From: Myxococcales bacterium
Lineage (GTDB): Bacteria > Myxococcota > Myxococcia > Myxococcales > JAJYLH01
DNA: 64,000 nucleotides
Assembly (NCBI GenBank): GCA_021787845.1
Contig: JAJYLH010000013.1
Location: 32,595 to 96,594 of the forward strand
Direction of reading: 5' to 3'
Part shown: positions 36,870-49,710 of the stretch, piece by piece
Layout: the number at the start of each line of letters is the position of its first letter
Position numbering within the stretch: position 1 is the stretch's first letter
The notes under the pieces: generated by a model
Told to the model about the DNA's origin: nothing
The model's database searches: none
Seen by the model: the letters and a program-made list of their open reading frames with translations, nothing else
Position numbers and translations under genes: made by a program

Positions 36870-39176
36870 CTACTGGCCCCAGGTCGACGGCTCCGGCCCC
36901 AGGTCGAAGTGGAGCGTGCCGCCGGCGTGGATGGCGTTCTCCTCGAACGTGGGCTTTGCGAGAGCCTTGCCGTCGAGCGTGACCGACTCGACGTAGACGT
37001 TCTTCGCGCTCACGTTCGGCGCCTCGATGACGAACTTGCCGCCCGGCACCGCGAGGTCGATGCGCGGGAAGAGCGGCGTGCCGACGACGAACGTGTCGCT
37101 CCCCGCGAGCGGATAGAAGCCGAGCGCGGAGAACACCCACCAGGCGCTCATCGTGCCGCCGTCATCGTTGCCGGGCAGTCCGTCCGGCGTCGGCCGGTAG
37201 TAGGTGTCGCGGATCCACGGCAGCCACTTCTCGGTCAGGTCCGGCCGGCCGAGCAGCGCGAAGAGGTACGGCGTGTGGATGTCCGGCTCGTTCCCCGCCC
37301 AGAAATAGCCGCGCGGGAGGTTCTGCAGGAGCACGTCGCCCGGGTCCGCCTGGATTTCCGCGTCGATCTGCGCCTCCTCCTGCTTGGCGAGCTCGAAGAA
37401 CTGTTCGAGCTTGGCCACCGCCGCCGCCTTGCCTCCCAGGAGCGCTGCCGTTCCCTCGGCATCGTGCGGCGCGCCCCACAGGCTCTGCCAGGCGTCCGCC
37501 TCGACGTAGTTGTCCCAGCTCGTCGGATCGAACGCCCCGGTTTTCGAATCGACGTCCCCCGGCGCGAGCGACCCATCTTTCTCCCGCGCGCGCAGGAAGC
37601 CCGTGGCCGGGTCGTAGAGCTTGCGGTAGCCGTGGGAGCGCGCCAGGAGCTTCGCGGCGTCGTCCGCGTGCCCGAGCGCCCGCGCGAGATTCGCGAGCGC
37701 AAAATCGTCCTGCGCGTACTCCAGGGTGACCGAGACCGTTCCGTCTCGCCCCCCGCAGGCTGGCACGTAGCCGAGCACCGCGTAGTCCGAAAGCTCGTCC
37801 TGGCACGCGACCTGCCCCTCCGGAGGAGGCGCCGCGTCGAGGTCCGCCGCCCTGCGCAGCCGCTGGTAGACGCCCTCGGCGTCGACGCCGTGCACGCCTC
37901 TCAGGACCGCTTCCGCTATCACCACATCCGCGCTCTGGCCGACCATCGACCCCGAATCGCTCGTCGCGAGCGGCCACTTCGGATACGACCCGGCGAGCTC
38001 GTCCATCGCGTCGAGGCTCAAGGTCACGTCGCGCGCGAGGTCCGGCGCCACCAGGTCGTAGAGCGGGTTCACCGTCCGATAGGTGTCCCACAAGGACAGC
38101 GAGCTGACGAGCTCGAAGCCGCTCGCCTGGCCGGAGTGCCCCTGGTAGGCGAAAGCGCCGCCGGCGTCCGACGCGGTCTCGGGCATCACGAACACGTGAT
38201 GGAGCGCTGAGTAGAGCATCTTCCGGTCGGTCTCCGACCCGCCGTAGGCGATGACGCTAGAAAGCCGCGCGCGCCAAGCCGCGATCGCTTTCGCTTTGGT
38301 CCCGTCGAAATCGACGGCCGGCTCCTCCGCCGCGAGGTTCGCCGCCGCGCCCGCTGGCGATACGAACGACAGCCCGAGAGCGAGCTCGACCGGAGCGCCC
38401 GCGGCATCGTCCAAGAGAAGCGCGAAGCTCGCTCCGGCGCCGCCGACCTCGGTGCCCGCGGCGGGCGCGGTCTGGCCGTTCCACACGGTCGCCGTCCACG
38501 GCTCGTTCGTTTCCCCCGCGAAGTAGAGCGTGTAGCCGCCCGACATCCCGCCGGTCGTCGTCAGCGACCCCTCGAACCGGCGCTCGGCCGCATCGAGCTG
38601 CACCTTTGCACCGGTGACGCTCTCATCGCCGGTCTGGTGGGTCAGGTCGAAGAGCAGCACCGGTCTCGTAGTCCCTTTGGGGAAGGCGTAACGGTGGACC
38701 GCGACATGGTTGGTCGCCGTCAGCTCCGCCCGGATCCCGTCGGCGAGGGTCGCCGCGTAGTAGCCGGGGGTCGCCACCTCTGTCGCCTTGCTGAAGCGCT
38801 GCTGGTCGGCCTCGACGGTGCGCTTCGTCGGATCGAACGAGACGAGCGGCATCACCGAGAGGACGCCGAAGTCTGAGCCACCGGTGCCGGAGAGGTGGAT
38901 CTGCGAGAAGCCCTGGATGGTGTCGTCGCCGTCCCAGTAGCCGTCGAAGTGCAGGAAGTCGATCCGCGCGTATTTCCCGGTGGTGTCCGGCCCCACGAGA
39001 GCCATCCCGTCCGGCACCTGCGCTCCCGGGAAGCAGTTGCCCGCCCCGTAACCGAAACCGCCGCTGCCGAGCCGGGTGTCGACGTAGGCGATGGGGTCCG
39101 ACACCGGTGCCGGAGGCGGCGCGCTCTGCGCGCAGGCGACGCCCAGCACGGCGCAGAGGACGAGCGATGGGCGCAT
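36870..39176 (-). CDS. GH92 alpha-1,2-mannosidase-like lipoprotein
   Basis: FPGAQVP.G, GFSQIHLSGTG, SLWDTYRT, GNEPD.H.PY, PGNDDGGTMSAW; lipobox GVAC; GGAGG RBS. Confidence 0.93.
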   Translation of the reverse strand: MRPSLVLCAVLGVACAQSAPPPAPVSDPIAYVDTRLGSGGFGYGAGNCFPGAQVPDGMALVGPDTTGKYARIDFLHFDGYWDGDDTIQGFSQIHLSGTGGSDFGVLSVMPLVSFDPTKRTVEADQQRFSKATEVATPGYYAATLADGIRAELTATNHVAVHRYAFPKGTTRPVLLFDLTHQTGDESVTGAKVQLDAAERRFEGSLTTTGGMSGGYTLYFAGETNEPWTATVWNGQTAPAAGTEVGGAGASFALLLDDAAGAPVELALGLSFVSPAGAAANLAAEEPAVDFDGTKAKAIAAWRARLSSVIAYGGSETDRKMLYSALHHVFVMPETASDAGGAFAYQGHSGQASGFELVSSLSLWDTYRTVNPLYDLVAPDLARDVTLSLDAMDELAGSYPKWPLATSDSGSMVGQSADVVIAEAVLRGVHGVDAEGVYQRLRRAADLDAAPPPEGQVACQDELSDYAVLGYVPACGGRDGTVSVTLEYAQDDFALANLARALGHADDAAKLLARSHGYRKLYDPATGFLRAREKDGSLAPGDVDSKTGAFDPTSWDNYVEADAWQSLWGAPHDAEGTAALLGGKAAAVAKLEQFFELAKQEEAQIDAEIQADPGDVLLQNLPRGYFWAGNEPDIHTPYLFALLGRPDLTEKWLPWIRDTYYRPTPDGLPGNDDGGTMSAWWVFSALGFYPLAGSDTFVVGTPLFPRIDLAVPGGKFVIEAPNVSAKNVYVESVTLDGKALAKPTFEENAIHAGGTLHFDLGPEPSTWGQ

Positions 39177-39242
39177 CGAGAACCTCCGGTCGCACGCTAC
39201 CCGAGCGCGCGCTCGGCTCTGAGCATCGCGCGAAGCGCGCGA

Positions 39243-39318
39243 GGGATGGGTGGAGCGCGGCGCGACCCTCGAACGCAAGCCGCCGGCGGTGGGGCTCGTT
39301 CCGCTTCATCCATCCGAC
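39243..39318. repeat. Degenerate GTAG-type REP-like pair
   Basis: gggatgggtggagcgcgg...gttccgcttcatccatccgac. Confidence 0.6.
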
Positions 39319-39774
39319 GTGTCTTCCGGGGTCTGGCCGGACGGGACGCCCACGCCGCCGCGGCGACCGCCCGTCTTTCTGTCCAGCAGCGAGCGTCCGG
39401 CGCCGCCGCGGCGCAAATTTTGCGCCCGCCCTTGGCCTGCCGCGGCCGCCGGGCGCGAACCGGGCAAACGCCCGCGTTCCCACTTGGGTAGCCGGTGATT
39501 CGACGTGCCGCGACCGCCGCGCCGACCCGGCACCGGCCGGCCTCGAGTCCGCGGGCGGCCTCGACAACCGGCCCGGCAAAGGGCTCGACCTGGCGCGCGG
39601 CCCGCAAGAATCCCCTCGGGCGGCAAAGTCTGCGCCCGGGCGACGCGCCGCGCAAGAGATGCGCCCTCTCGCAGCCCTCGGGCCTGGCTTAACTCGGGTT
39701 TCTCCGGTGTTGGAGCGCTGGCGAAGACCTTGCTATAAGCCGCGCCGCCGCGGGACGGCGGCAGGAGTGGATGC

Positions 39775-41610
<1,836 letters not shown>

Positions 41611-42633
41611 ATGAACCCGATTCCGAACGTCGCCCACACCGACCCGGGCCTCCTGACGAAGAAGGACTTCGCTTCCGGTCTGCAGGTGCGCTGGTGTCCA
41701 GGGTGCGCCGACTTCTCCATCCTGAACCAGGTGCAGAAGACCCTCCCGGCCCTGGGCATCCCCAAGGAGAACGTGGTCTTCATCTCCGGCATCGGCTGCT
41801 CCAGCCGGTTCCCGTACTACATGGAGACCTACGGCATCCACGGCATCCACGGCCGGGCACCGGCCATCGCGACCGGCCTGAAGGTGGCGCGGCCGGAGCT
41901 GTCGGTGTGGGTGGTCACCGGCGACGGCGACGCCCTCGCCATCGGTGGGAACCACTTCGTCCACGCCCTGCGGCGCAACGTCGGCCTCAAGGTGCTGATG
42001 TTCAACAACCGGATCTACGGCCTGACCAAGGGCCAGTACAGCCCGACCTCCGAGTTCGGGAAGAAGACCAAGTCGTCGCCCTTGGGCACCGTGGACTTCC
42101 CGCTGGAGCCCGTGAGCGTGGCGCTGGGGGTGGACGCGACGTTCGTCGCCCGGGCCATCGCCACCGACGGGGCGATGCTGGGCGACGTGCTCACCCGCGC
42201 CGCCAAGCACAACGGCACCGCTTTCGTGGAGATCTACCAGTCCTGCGTCATCTTCAACGACGGCGCCTTCGACGACCTCACCGAGGGCGAGGGCAAGTTC
42301 AACAACCGGGTGGCGCTCAAGCACGGCGAGAAGCTCCTCTACGCGAAGGGGACCAAGGGAATCGGCCTCGACGCGCACGGGCATCCCATCACCATCGACG
42401 TCACCAAGGATGGTGACTCGAAGGTGCTGACCTACGACGAGACCTCCGAGACCATGCCTCTCGTGCTCTCCCGCCTGGGGGCAGGGCTGCCGAGGGCCTT
42501 CGGAGTCTTTCGCGCCATCGAGAAGCCGGCCTACGAGAACCTGGTCGCCGAGCAGGTCGCTGGAGCGCAGGCGAAGCGCGGCGCGGGCGCGCAGTCGATG
42601 CTCGAGGCGGGCGAGACCTGGACGGTGGAATGA
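41611..42633 (+). CDS. korB: 2-oxoacid:ferredoxin oxidoreductase, beta subunit
   Basis: WCPGC, SGIGCSSRFP, GDGD...NN TPP motif, YGLTKGQYSPT. Confidence 0.92.
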   Translation: MNPIPNVAHTDPGLLTKKDFASGLQVRWCPGCADFSILNQVQKTLPALGIPKENVVFISGIGCSSRFPYYMETYGIHGIHGRAPAIATGLKVARPELSVWVVTGDGDALAIGGNHFVHALRRNVGLKVLMFNNRIYGLTKGQYSPTSEFGKKTKSSPLGTVDFPLEPVSVALGVDATFVARAIATDGAMLGDVLTRAAKHNGTAFVEIYQSCVIFNDGAFDDLTEGEGKFNNRVALKHGEKLLYAKGTKGIGLDAHGHPITIDVTKDGDSKVLTYDETSETMPLVLSRLGAGLPRAFGVFRAIEKPAYENLVAEQVAGAQAKRGAGAQSMLEAGETWTVE

Positions 42634-42647
42634 CCCTGGACCGGCCG

Positions 42648-42792
42648 CCCTTCGACTGCGCTCAGGACGAGCGGGTGGGCAACAGGCGCTCTGGAACGGA
42701 TCCGCTCACCCTGAGCGCAGTCGAAGGGCGAGCGGAGACTGGATGTGGGCTCGACAAGACGATGGGTTTCGGCGTCGCTCCACCCATCCTAC
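42648..42792. repeat. Two REP-like families between korB and nuoA
   Basis: cccttcgactgcgctcaggacgagcgg / ccgctcaccctgagcgcagtcgaaggg, then gatgggtttcggcgtcgctccacccatcctac. Confidence 0.8.
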
Positions 42793-42831
42793 AGATCGGT
42801 TGACCGGCGAATACAGCAGCGGAGGATTGGC

Positions 42832-43191
42832 ATGAGTGGTTGGACCGGCCTGTTCGTGTTTCTCGTCGTGAGCGTGGTGATGATCGGCGGGCTCCTCGCG
42901 GCGGCGTGGATGCTGCGGGTCAAGGCCCGACGGGACTCGCCGCTCAAGCGCCACGCCTACGAGTGCGGCGAGGAGCCCGACGGCCCGGCGTGGATTCGCT
43001 TCCATCCGCGCTACTACGTGGTCGCGCTCTTCTTCGTCCTCTTCGACGTGGAGGCGGCGTTCTTCTTTCCCTGGGCCATTCGCGAGCGCGCGCTCGGATG
43101 GGCGGGGCTCGGGTCCATCGTGGTCTTCACCGGGGTGCTGCTCGTCGGCTGGGCTTACGCTCTGCGCAAGGGGGCGCTGAAATGGCAGTGA
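42832..43191 (+). CDS. nuoA: Complex I subunit A
   Basis: [28 protein letters not shown]; GGAGG RBS. Confidence 0.95.
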   Translation: MSGWTGLFVFLVVSVVMIGGLLAAAWMLRVKARRDSPLKRHAYECGEEPDGPAWIRFHPRYYVVALFFVLFDVEAAFFFPWAIRERALGWAGLGSIVVFTGVLLVGWAYALRKGALKWQ

Positions 43192-44354
43192 ACGAGGACG
43201 CCCTCGCCTACCACCATCCGCTGTACGACCTGATGCTCAACGTGCCGGGCCTCGCGGTGGGGCTGGCGCCGGTCGACCGGCTCTTGACCTGGGGCCTGAA
43301 GAACTCCCTCTGGGTGTTCCCCATGGCGACGAGCTGCTGCGGCATCGAGTACATGGCCGCGTCGGCGAGCCGGGTGGACATCGACCGGATGGGCACCATC
43401 CCCCGGGCGAGCCCGCGCCAGGCGGACGTGATGCTCGTCGCCGGCACCATCACGGTGAAGATGGCCCCGAGGGTCAAGCGCCTCTGGGACCAGATGCCCG
43501 AGCCCAAGTGGTGCATCGCGATGGGCTCCTGCGCCATCTCCGGCGACTTCTACCGAAACCTCTATTCGGTGGTGCCGGGCATCGACACCTTCCTCCCGGT
43601 CGACGTCTACGTGCCCGGCTGCCCGCCCAATCCGGAAGCGGTGATGCACGGGCTGCTCCGGCTGCAGGAGAAGGTCGAGGCGGCCCGGGCAGGGCATCCG
43701 GTCAACGCCGAGCCGCCGCCGGAGCTCTTCGGCGCGATTTCCCCGAGCCTGCCCCGGCTGACCGACCAGAACCGGCCGCCCGAGCTGTCGGAAGAGCAGG
43801 TCCAGGCGTCGCTGACGGTGGTGCCGGAAGGCGACCCGGGCGAGGTCCCGGTCGACCTGACCCCGCCTAGCATTCCAGGAGCGCTGCCGGATGGCGTGAG
43901 CACGGAGCTCGCCCCGCTCCTGAAGGACCGATTCGGCGTCGCGGAGATCCCCGCGGATGCGCCGCCGCTCGTCCCCGCCGAGCGTCACGTCGAGCTGGCG
44001 GCGACCTTGAAGGCGCTGGGCTACCGGCAGCTCGTCTTCGTCGCGGCCTCGCACCATCCGGCGAAGAAGGACGGCGAAGCGGAAGCGTTCGAGGTCGCCT
44101 ACGCGCTCAGGACCGTGGGCGCGGGCTCGAAGGTCGCGAGCTGGAGGGTACGGGTCCCGGCGACCGAGAGCGTTCCTACCCTCACGCCGACCTTCGCCGG
44201 TGCCGACTGGCAGGAGCGCGAGCAGTTCGACCTCGTCGGCGTGCGCTTTTCCGGCCACCCGGACTTGAGGCGGGTGATGCTCCCGGAGAATTGGGAAGGC
44301 CATCCGCTGCGCCGCGACTATCCCGCCGACCACGCTGCCGCACCCTGGAGATGA
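43182..44354 (+). CDS. nuoBC: Fused complex I subunits B and C
   Basis: [24 protein letters not shown] (NuoB); Pro-rich linker; [20 protein letters not shown]...[10 protein letters not shown] (NuoC). Confidence 0.9.
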   Translation: MAVNEDALAYHHPLYDLMLNVPGLAVGLAPVDRLLTWGLKNSLWVFPMATSCCGIEYMAASASRVDIDRMGTIPRASPRQADVMLVAGTITVKMAPRVKRLWDQMPEPKWCIAMGSCAISGDFYRNLYSVVPGIDTFLPVDVYVPGCPPNPEAVMHGLLRLQEKVEAARAGHPVNAEPPPELFGAISPSLPRLTDQNRPPELSEEQVQASLTVVPEGDPGEVPVDLTPPSIPGALPDGVSTELAPLLKDRFGVAEIPADAPPLVPAERHVELAATLKALGYRQLVFVAASHHPAKKDGEAEAFEVAYALRTVGAGSKVASWRVRVPATESVPTLTPTFAGADWQEREQFDLVGVRFSGHPDLRRVMLPENWEGHPLRRDYPADHAAAPWR

Positions 44355-44357
44355 TTC

Positions 44358-45536
44358 GTGGAAGCGACCCCCGCTTGGAGAAAGCTGCCGTATCGCCGGC
44401 TGGAGCTGTACGAGCCCGAAGGCGACCTGATGACCCTGCAGCTCGGGCCGCAGCACCCGTCGACGCACGGCGTCCTGCGCATCAAGCTGCACCTCGACGG
44501 CGAGCGGATAGTCAAAGCGGTGCCGTTCCCCGGCTACCTCCACCGCGCCGTCGAAAAACTCTGTGAACAGCTCACCTACGTCCAGATCGCGCCGATCGTC
44601 GACAAGAACGACTACGTCGCGCCGATGACGAGCGAGCAGGCGATCATCCTCGCCATCGAGAAGCTCCTGAAGGTGGAGGTTCCGCGGCGGGCGCGGTGGC
44701 TGCGCTCGGCGTTGGCGGAGCTGCAGCGCGTCGCCTCGCACCTGTTGTGGCTGGGGACGATGACCCTCGACCTGGGCGGCGCCCTGGGCGGCGGCGGGAG
44801 CGTCTTCGTCTACACCATGCGCGAACGGGAGCTGGTCCTCGACCTCTTCGAGGGGCTGACCGGCTCCCGGTTCCACTACAACACCCACACCGTCGGCGGA
44901 AACCGGCACGACGTCCCCGCCGGGTGGGCGAAGGACATGCACGCCGCGCTCGACCTCATCGAGAAGCGCATTCCCGAATACGAGACGCTGACGCAGAACA
45001 ACCGGCTCTTCGTGGAGCGGATGCGCGGCATCGGGGTGCTCGAGCCCGAGCTCGCGCTGGAGCTGGGCGTCACCGGTCCCAACCTGCGCGCGAGCGGGGT
45101 CGACCACGATCTGCGCCGCGACGCGCCCTTCCACGCCTACGACGAGGTGGCGACGAACGTCATCACCGCCAAGGCCGGCGACTGCCTCGCCCGGACCCAG
45201 GTGCGCGTCGCGGAGATGAAGGAGAGCGTCCGCCTGGCGCGGGCGTTCATCGACGGCCTACCGGAAGGGCCGCTGGTGAGCGGCAAGCCCATCAAGCTGC
45301 CGGGCCAGTTCAAGGTGAACAGCGGGCAGGTCTACGCCGCCCTCGAGTCGGCCCGCGGCGAGCTGGGCACGTTCCTCGTCGCCGGCGCGGGCACCTCACC
45401 CTACCGGCTGAAAATCCGGCCGCCGAGCTACCACGCCATCTCAGCACTACCGTACCTGCTCCCCGGCCACACGGTCAGCGACACGGTCGCCATCCTGGGC
45501 TCGCTCGACCCGATCATGGGGGAGGTCGACCGATGA
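44358..45536 (+). CDS. nuoD: Complex I subunit D
   Basis: GPQHPSTHGVLR, GYLHRAVEK, GPNLRASG, GEVDR. Confidence 0.96.
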   Translation: MEATPAWRKLPYRRLELYEPEGDLMTLQLGPQHPSTHGVLRIKLHLDGERIVKAVPFPGYLHRAVEKLCEQLTYVQIAPIVDKNDYVAPMTSEQAIILAIEKLLKVEVPRRARWLRSALAELQRVASHLLWLGTMTLDLGGALGGGGSVFVYTMRERELVLDLFEGLTGSRFHYNTHTVGGNRHDVPAGWAKDMHAALDLIEKRIPEYETLTQNNRLFVERMRGIGVLEPELALELGVTGPNLRASGVDHDLRRDAPFHAYDEVATNVITAKAGDCLARTQVRVAEMKESVRLARAFIDGLPEGPLVSGKPIKLPGQFKVNSGQVYAALESARGELGTFLVAGAGTSPYRLKIRPPSYHAISALPYLLPGHTVSDTVAILGSLDPIMGEVDR

Positions 45537-46501
45537 CCCTGTTCGCCTGGCTCTCTTCGATTCTCGTCGCGGTCATCGTCCTGACCGTGACCGCGTTCGG
45601 GCTCTGGTGGGAGCGCAAGCTCGCCGGCCGGATGCAGTCGCGCCTGGGGCCCACGATCGTCGGACCGATCGGCCTGTTCCAGCCCATCGCGGACCTGCTG
45701 AAGCTCGTGCAGAAGGAGCCGATCATCCCCCAGCGCGCGGACCGGGCTCTGTTCTGGCTGGCGCCGCCGTTGACGACGCTCTTCGCGCTCCTCGTCGCCG
45801 CTCTCGTCCCCTTCGGACCGAAGCTCGCTCCGGCCAACATCGACGTCGGCGTGCCCCTCATCATCGCTCTCGGAGGGCTCGCGCTGATTCCGGTCTGGAT
45901 GGCGGGCTGGGCGAGCCACAACAAGTACGCCTTGCTCGGGGCGATGCGCGCGGTCGCCCAGAGCGTGTCCTACGGCGTGCCGCTGGTCCTGACCGCGCTC
46001 GTTCCGGTGATCCTCGCGGGGTCGATGAACCTGAACTCGATCGTCGCCTGGCAACACCGCCACCACTGGCTGGTCGTGTGGCCCGTGTTTCTCGGCCTTC
46101 CCGCGTTCATACTCTTCATCCTGGCGATGCTCGCCGAGGCGAACCGCATCCCCTTCGACATCCCGGAAGCGGAGAGCGAGCTCGTCGCCGGCGTGTCGAC
46201 CGAATACACCGGGATGCACTTCGGCTTCATCTACCTCGCCGAGTATGTGCACACGCTGGTCGGCAGCGCTGTCGCTTCCACGCTGTTCCTGGGCGGCTGG
46301 GACGGGCCGTTCGGACCGAGCGTCCTCTGGATGGTCCTCAAGACCTGCCTCCTCTTCAGCGTCCTCTACTGGCTGCGCTGGTCGCTCGTGCGTCTGCGGG
46401 CGGACCAGCTCATGGCGCTGGCGTGGAAGTGGCTGGTGCCGGCCGGGCTCGCCCTCGTTCTGTTGGCCGCGGTCTGGACGCAGACCCCGTGGGGCCGCTA
46501 A
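45533..46501 (+). CDS. nuoH: Complex I subunit H
   Basis: ERK...MQ.R.GP, QPIAD.LKL..KE, NR.PFD.PEAESEL.AG..TEY. Confidence 0.96.
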   Translation: MTLFAWLSSILVAVIVLTVTAFGLWWERKLAGRMQSRLGPTIVGPIGLFQPIADLLKLVQKEPIIPQRADRALFWLAPPLTTLFALLVAALVPFGPKLAPANIDVGVPLIIALGGLALIPVWMAGWASHNKYALLGAMRAVAQSVSYGVPLVLTALVPVILAGSMNLNSIVAWQHRHHWLVVWPVFLGLPAFILFILAMLAEANRIPFDIPEAESELVAGVSTEYTGMHFGFIYLAEYVHTLVGSAVASTLFLGGWDGPFGPSVLWMVLKTCLLFSVLYWLRWSLVRLRADQLMALAWKWLVPAGLALVLLAAVWTQTPWGR

Positions 46502-47053
46502 ATGGGCTACCTCCTCGACGGCTTGAAATCGATGTGGACGACGGCGCTGAACGCCATCCGCCCGCCGTTCACCCAGGAGTTCCCCAAGGTCCTTCGCCCT
46601 CACCCGGAGCGCTACCACACCAGCTTTGCGCTCCTACACGACGAGACCGGTGACGAGGCATGCACCGGCTGCGGCGCCTGCGCGCGCATCTGCCCCTCGC
46701 AGGTGATCACCGTCAAGCTGGGGAAGCGCGAGTCCGCGATCACCCAGAAGAAGCGCGGCTACGCCGACGACTTCACCCTCGACCTGACCGCCTGCCTCGT
46801 CTGCGAGCTGTGTGTCCAGGTCTGCCCCACCGACGCGATCGTGATGCTCAAGGTGCCGGAGCTACCAGGCTTCCGGCGCGAAGACCTGGTGCTTTCGATG
46901 CCCCGGCTCTACGAAAACGAGAAATCGAAGCCTCTCGGCTGGTCCAACGCGACCAAGCTGATGGCCATGCAGGACCCCAAGGCCGGTGCTGCCAAGCCTG
47001 AGCCCTCCAAGGAGACGGCACCGGCGCCGGCGGCCGCAGGAGCGGCGTCATGA
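46502..47053 (+). CDS. nuoI: Complex I subunit I
   Basis: Two CxxCxxCxxxCP motifs. Confidence 0.95.
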   Translation: MGYLLDGLKSMWTTALNAIRPPFTQEFPKVLRPHPERYHTSFALLHDETGDEACTGCGACARICPSQVITVKLGKRESAITQKKRGYADDFTLDLTACLVCELCVQVCPTDAIVMLKVPELPGFRREDLVLSMPRLYENEKSKPLGWSNATKLMAMQDPKAGAAKPEPSKETAPAPAAAGAAS

Positions 47054-47580
47054 CCTTCACCGCGACCATGATCGTCTTCGCCCTCGTCGGTGCCCTCGCG
47101 TTCGTCGGGTCGATCTTCACCGTCCGCTCGTCGAAGCTGGTCCACGCCGTCCTGTGGCTCGGCGTGACGCTCGGGATGACCGCGATTCTCTTCGTCCAGC
47201 TCGGCGCCCCCTTCCTCGCTGGCATCCAGCTCCTGCTCTACGTCGGCGGCGTGATGACGCTGATGATCTTCGGCGTCCTCCTCACCAAGCGCGACGGCGA
47301 CAGCGAGCTCAAGACCGAGGAGCCGTCGCGCGAACGCGGCGCGCTGATTGCGCTCGCGGTCTTCGCCGTCCTCGCCGGCACCATCTGGCTCGGCCGCGAC
47401 GCCTTGCAGCGGACCGCCGTGCCGTCGCTCGGAACCGGCTGGCTGGGCACCAGCCTTCTGACCCGCCATCTGGTCGCCTTCGAGGCCCTCTCGGCGCTGC
47501 TGCTCGCGGCGATGATCGGCGCCATCGTCATCGCCCGCCGCCGCGACCCGGACCAGCCGAGCGAGCCCAAGGAGAGCTAA
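47050..47580 (+). CDS. nuoJ: Complex I subunit J
   Basis: IQLLLYVGGV, FEALS.LLLAAMIGAI. Confidence 0.94.
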   Translation: MTFTATMIVFALVGALAFVGSIFTVRSSKLVHAVLWLGVTLGMTAILFVQLGAPFLAGIQLLLYVGGVMTLMIFGVLLTKRDGDSELKTEEPSRERGALIALAVFAVLAGTIWLGRDALQRTAVPSLGTGWLGTSLLTRHLVAFEALSALLLAAMIGAIVIARRRDPDQPSEPKES

Positions 47581-47880
47581 GTGACCCTGACCACCTGCCT
47601 CATCCTCTCCGCTGCGCTCTTCTCGGTCGGCCTCTACGGCCTGCTCACCCGCCGGCACGCGGTCGGCATCCTTCTATCGATCGAGGTAATGGCGAACGCG
47701 GCCAACCTGAACTTCGTCGCCTTCGCGCACTACGGCGGCGCTTCCTGGGGGCAAGCGTTCGCCCTGTTCGTGCTCGGCCTCACCGTCGCCGAGGTCGCCA
47801 TCGGCCTGGCGCTGGTGATGCTCCTGTTCCGCTCGCACAAGGATGTGCTGGTCGACCTGGCGAACGCCTTCAAACACTAG
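47581..47880 (+). CDS. nuoK: Complex I subunit K
   Basis: SIEVMANAANLNFV, AEVAIGLA. Confidence 0.95.
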   Translation: MTLTTCLILSAALFSVGLYGLLTRRHAVGILLSIEVMANAANLNFVAFAHYGGASWGQAFALFVLGLTVAEVAIGLALVMLLFRSHKDVLVDLANAFKH

Positions 47881-47892
47881 GACACCCGTTCG

Positions 47893-49710
47893 ATGACCAC
47901 CCCGATGTGGGCTCTTATCGCCGTCTTCGCGCCCTTGGCGTCAGCGCTCCTGCTCGCCGTCCTGGCGCCCATCCGCCGCCGCGGAGGCTTGGCGGCAGCG
48001 GTCTCGATCACCTTCGCGCTCGCCTCGCTCGTAGGGGCGATCTTCGCGGTGATCGGGACCCTCCACGCGGGCGGGAGCGACTGGACCCGCTCCTGGCTCG
48101 CCTCCGGCGGAGCGCTACCGCTCTCGGTGACCTTCGGCGTCCACGTCGACGGCGTCAGCGCGCCGATGCTGGCGGTGGTCGCGCTGGTCGCGACCTGCGT
48201 GCAGCTCTTCTCGACCGGCTACCTCGACGACGAATCGAGCGCCTCCCGCGGCCGCTATTTCGCCTACCAGTCGCTCTTCCTCTTCAGCATGCAGCTTCTG
48301 GTCGCGGCGCCGAACCTCCTGCAGCTCTTCTTCGGCTGGGAAATCGTGGGCGCGACGAGCTACCTCCTCATCGGCTATTGGTACAAGAAACCGAGCGCGG
48401 CCCGGGCGGCGGTCAAGGCCTTCTGGGTGACGAAGTTCGCCGACATGGGGCTGCTCATCGGCCTGGTCGCGCTCTTCGGCTTCACCGGCTCCTTCGAATG
48501 GACCGCGCAGCTCGCGCCCGCGGCCGCGACCGCAGTGACGCTCCTCTTCGTCCTCGCGGTGATGGGCAAGAGTGCCCAATTTCCGCTCCACGTATGGCTG
48601 CCGGACGCGATGGAGGGCCCGACACCGGTCTCGGCCCTCTTGCACGCGGCCACGATGGTCGCGGCCGGCGTCTACCTGGTGGTCCGGGCGCAGCCGCTCT
48701 TCGCCCAGGCGCCGTTCACCCAGCACTTCCTCGCGTACCTCGGCGCCGGTACCGCTCTGTTCGCGGCACTCCTCGCCCTGGTGCAGACCGACTTGAAGCG
48801 GGTGCTCGCCTACTCCACCTGCTCGCAGCTCGGCTACATGCTGGCGGCGCTGGGGGCCGGCAGCGCTTTCGCTGGGTTCTTCCACCTGACCACCCACGCC
48901 TTCTTCAAGGCCCTGCTCTTCCTCGCCGCCGGCAGCGTCATCCACGCGGTCGGCTCCAACGAGATGTCCAAGATGGGCGGGCTGTGGAAGAAGATGCCGC
49001 TGACGATGCTGGTCTTCATCGCCGGCGCCTTCTCCCTCGCCGGCTTTCCCGGCTTCGCCGGCTTCTTCAGCAAGGACCTGATCATCGACTCGCTCTCGGA
49101 GCACCACCTCTGGGCACCCTACGCGGCGCTGCTCCTGGGTGCCTTCCTCACCGCGCTCTACATGGGCCGGGCGATTCTCCTGACCTTCTTCGGCCCGCAC
49201 GAGAGCCACGAAGCCGAGCACGCGCACGAGCCCGGCTGGTCGATGAAGCTGCCGCTGATCGTCCTCGCGCTGCTGTCGGTGGGCGCGGGCTTTTTCGGCG
49301 GCGACCTCTGGCACCTGGCCTCGCTGACCGACTATGTCCACGGCGTCTACCACTTCCGCTTCGGAGCAGTAGCATCGGTCCTGGCCCTCTCGGGCTTCGT
49401 CGTCGCCTGGGTCGCCTGGGGCAAGACCCGCGAAGAGCCGGCCCTCGCGCGCTCGCTCGCGGCGTTCGCCAATCGCGCCTGGGTCGACCGCCTCTACGTC
49501 TTCGGATACCGGGCCGGGCTGCTCCTGGTCTCCGACGTCGCCGCCTGGATCGACCGGTACATCGTCGACGCGCTCGTCAACGTGGTCGGCTCGTTCTTCC
49601 TCCTCGGCGCGCGCCGGGCCAGACGCCTCCAGACCGGCAACGTGCAGGACTACCTCTTCGCCATGTCGCTGGGCGCCATCGCGCTCGCCGTGTGGAGCAT
49701 CTGGCGATGA
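47893..49710 (+). CDS. nuoL: Complex I subunit L
   Basis: GKSAQFPLHVWLPDAMEGPTPVSALLHAATMV, HAFFKALLFL, LQTGNVQDY. Confidence 0.96.
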   Translation: MTTPMWALIAVFAPLASALLLAVLAPIRRRGGLAAAVSITFALASLVGAIFAVIGTLHAGGSDWTRSWLASGGALPLSVTFGVHVDGVSAPMLAVVALVATCVQLFSTGYLDDESSASRGRYFAYQSLFLFSMQLLVAAPNLLQLFFGWEIVGATSYLLIGYWYKKPSAARAAVKAFWVTKFADMGLLIGLVALFGFTGSFEWTAQLAPAAATAVTLLFVLAVMGKSAQFPLHVWLPDAMEGPTPVSALLHAATMVAAGVYLVVRAQPLFAQAPFTQHFLAYLGAGTALFAALLALVQTDLKRVLAYSTCSQLGYMLAALGAGSAFAGFFHLTTHAFFKALLFLAAGSVIHAVGSNEMSKMGGLWKKMPLTMLVFIAGAFSLAGFPGFAGFFSKDLIIDSLSEHHLWAPYAALLLGAFLTALYMGRAILLTFFGPHESHEAEHAHEPGWSMKLPLIVLALLSVGAGFFGGDLWHLASLTDYVHGVYHFRFGAVASVLALSGFVVAWVAWGKTREEPALARSLAAFANRAWVDRLYVFGYRAGLLLVSDVAAWIDRYIVDALVNVVGSFFLLGARRARRLQTGNVQDYLFAMSLGAIALAVWSIWR

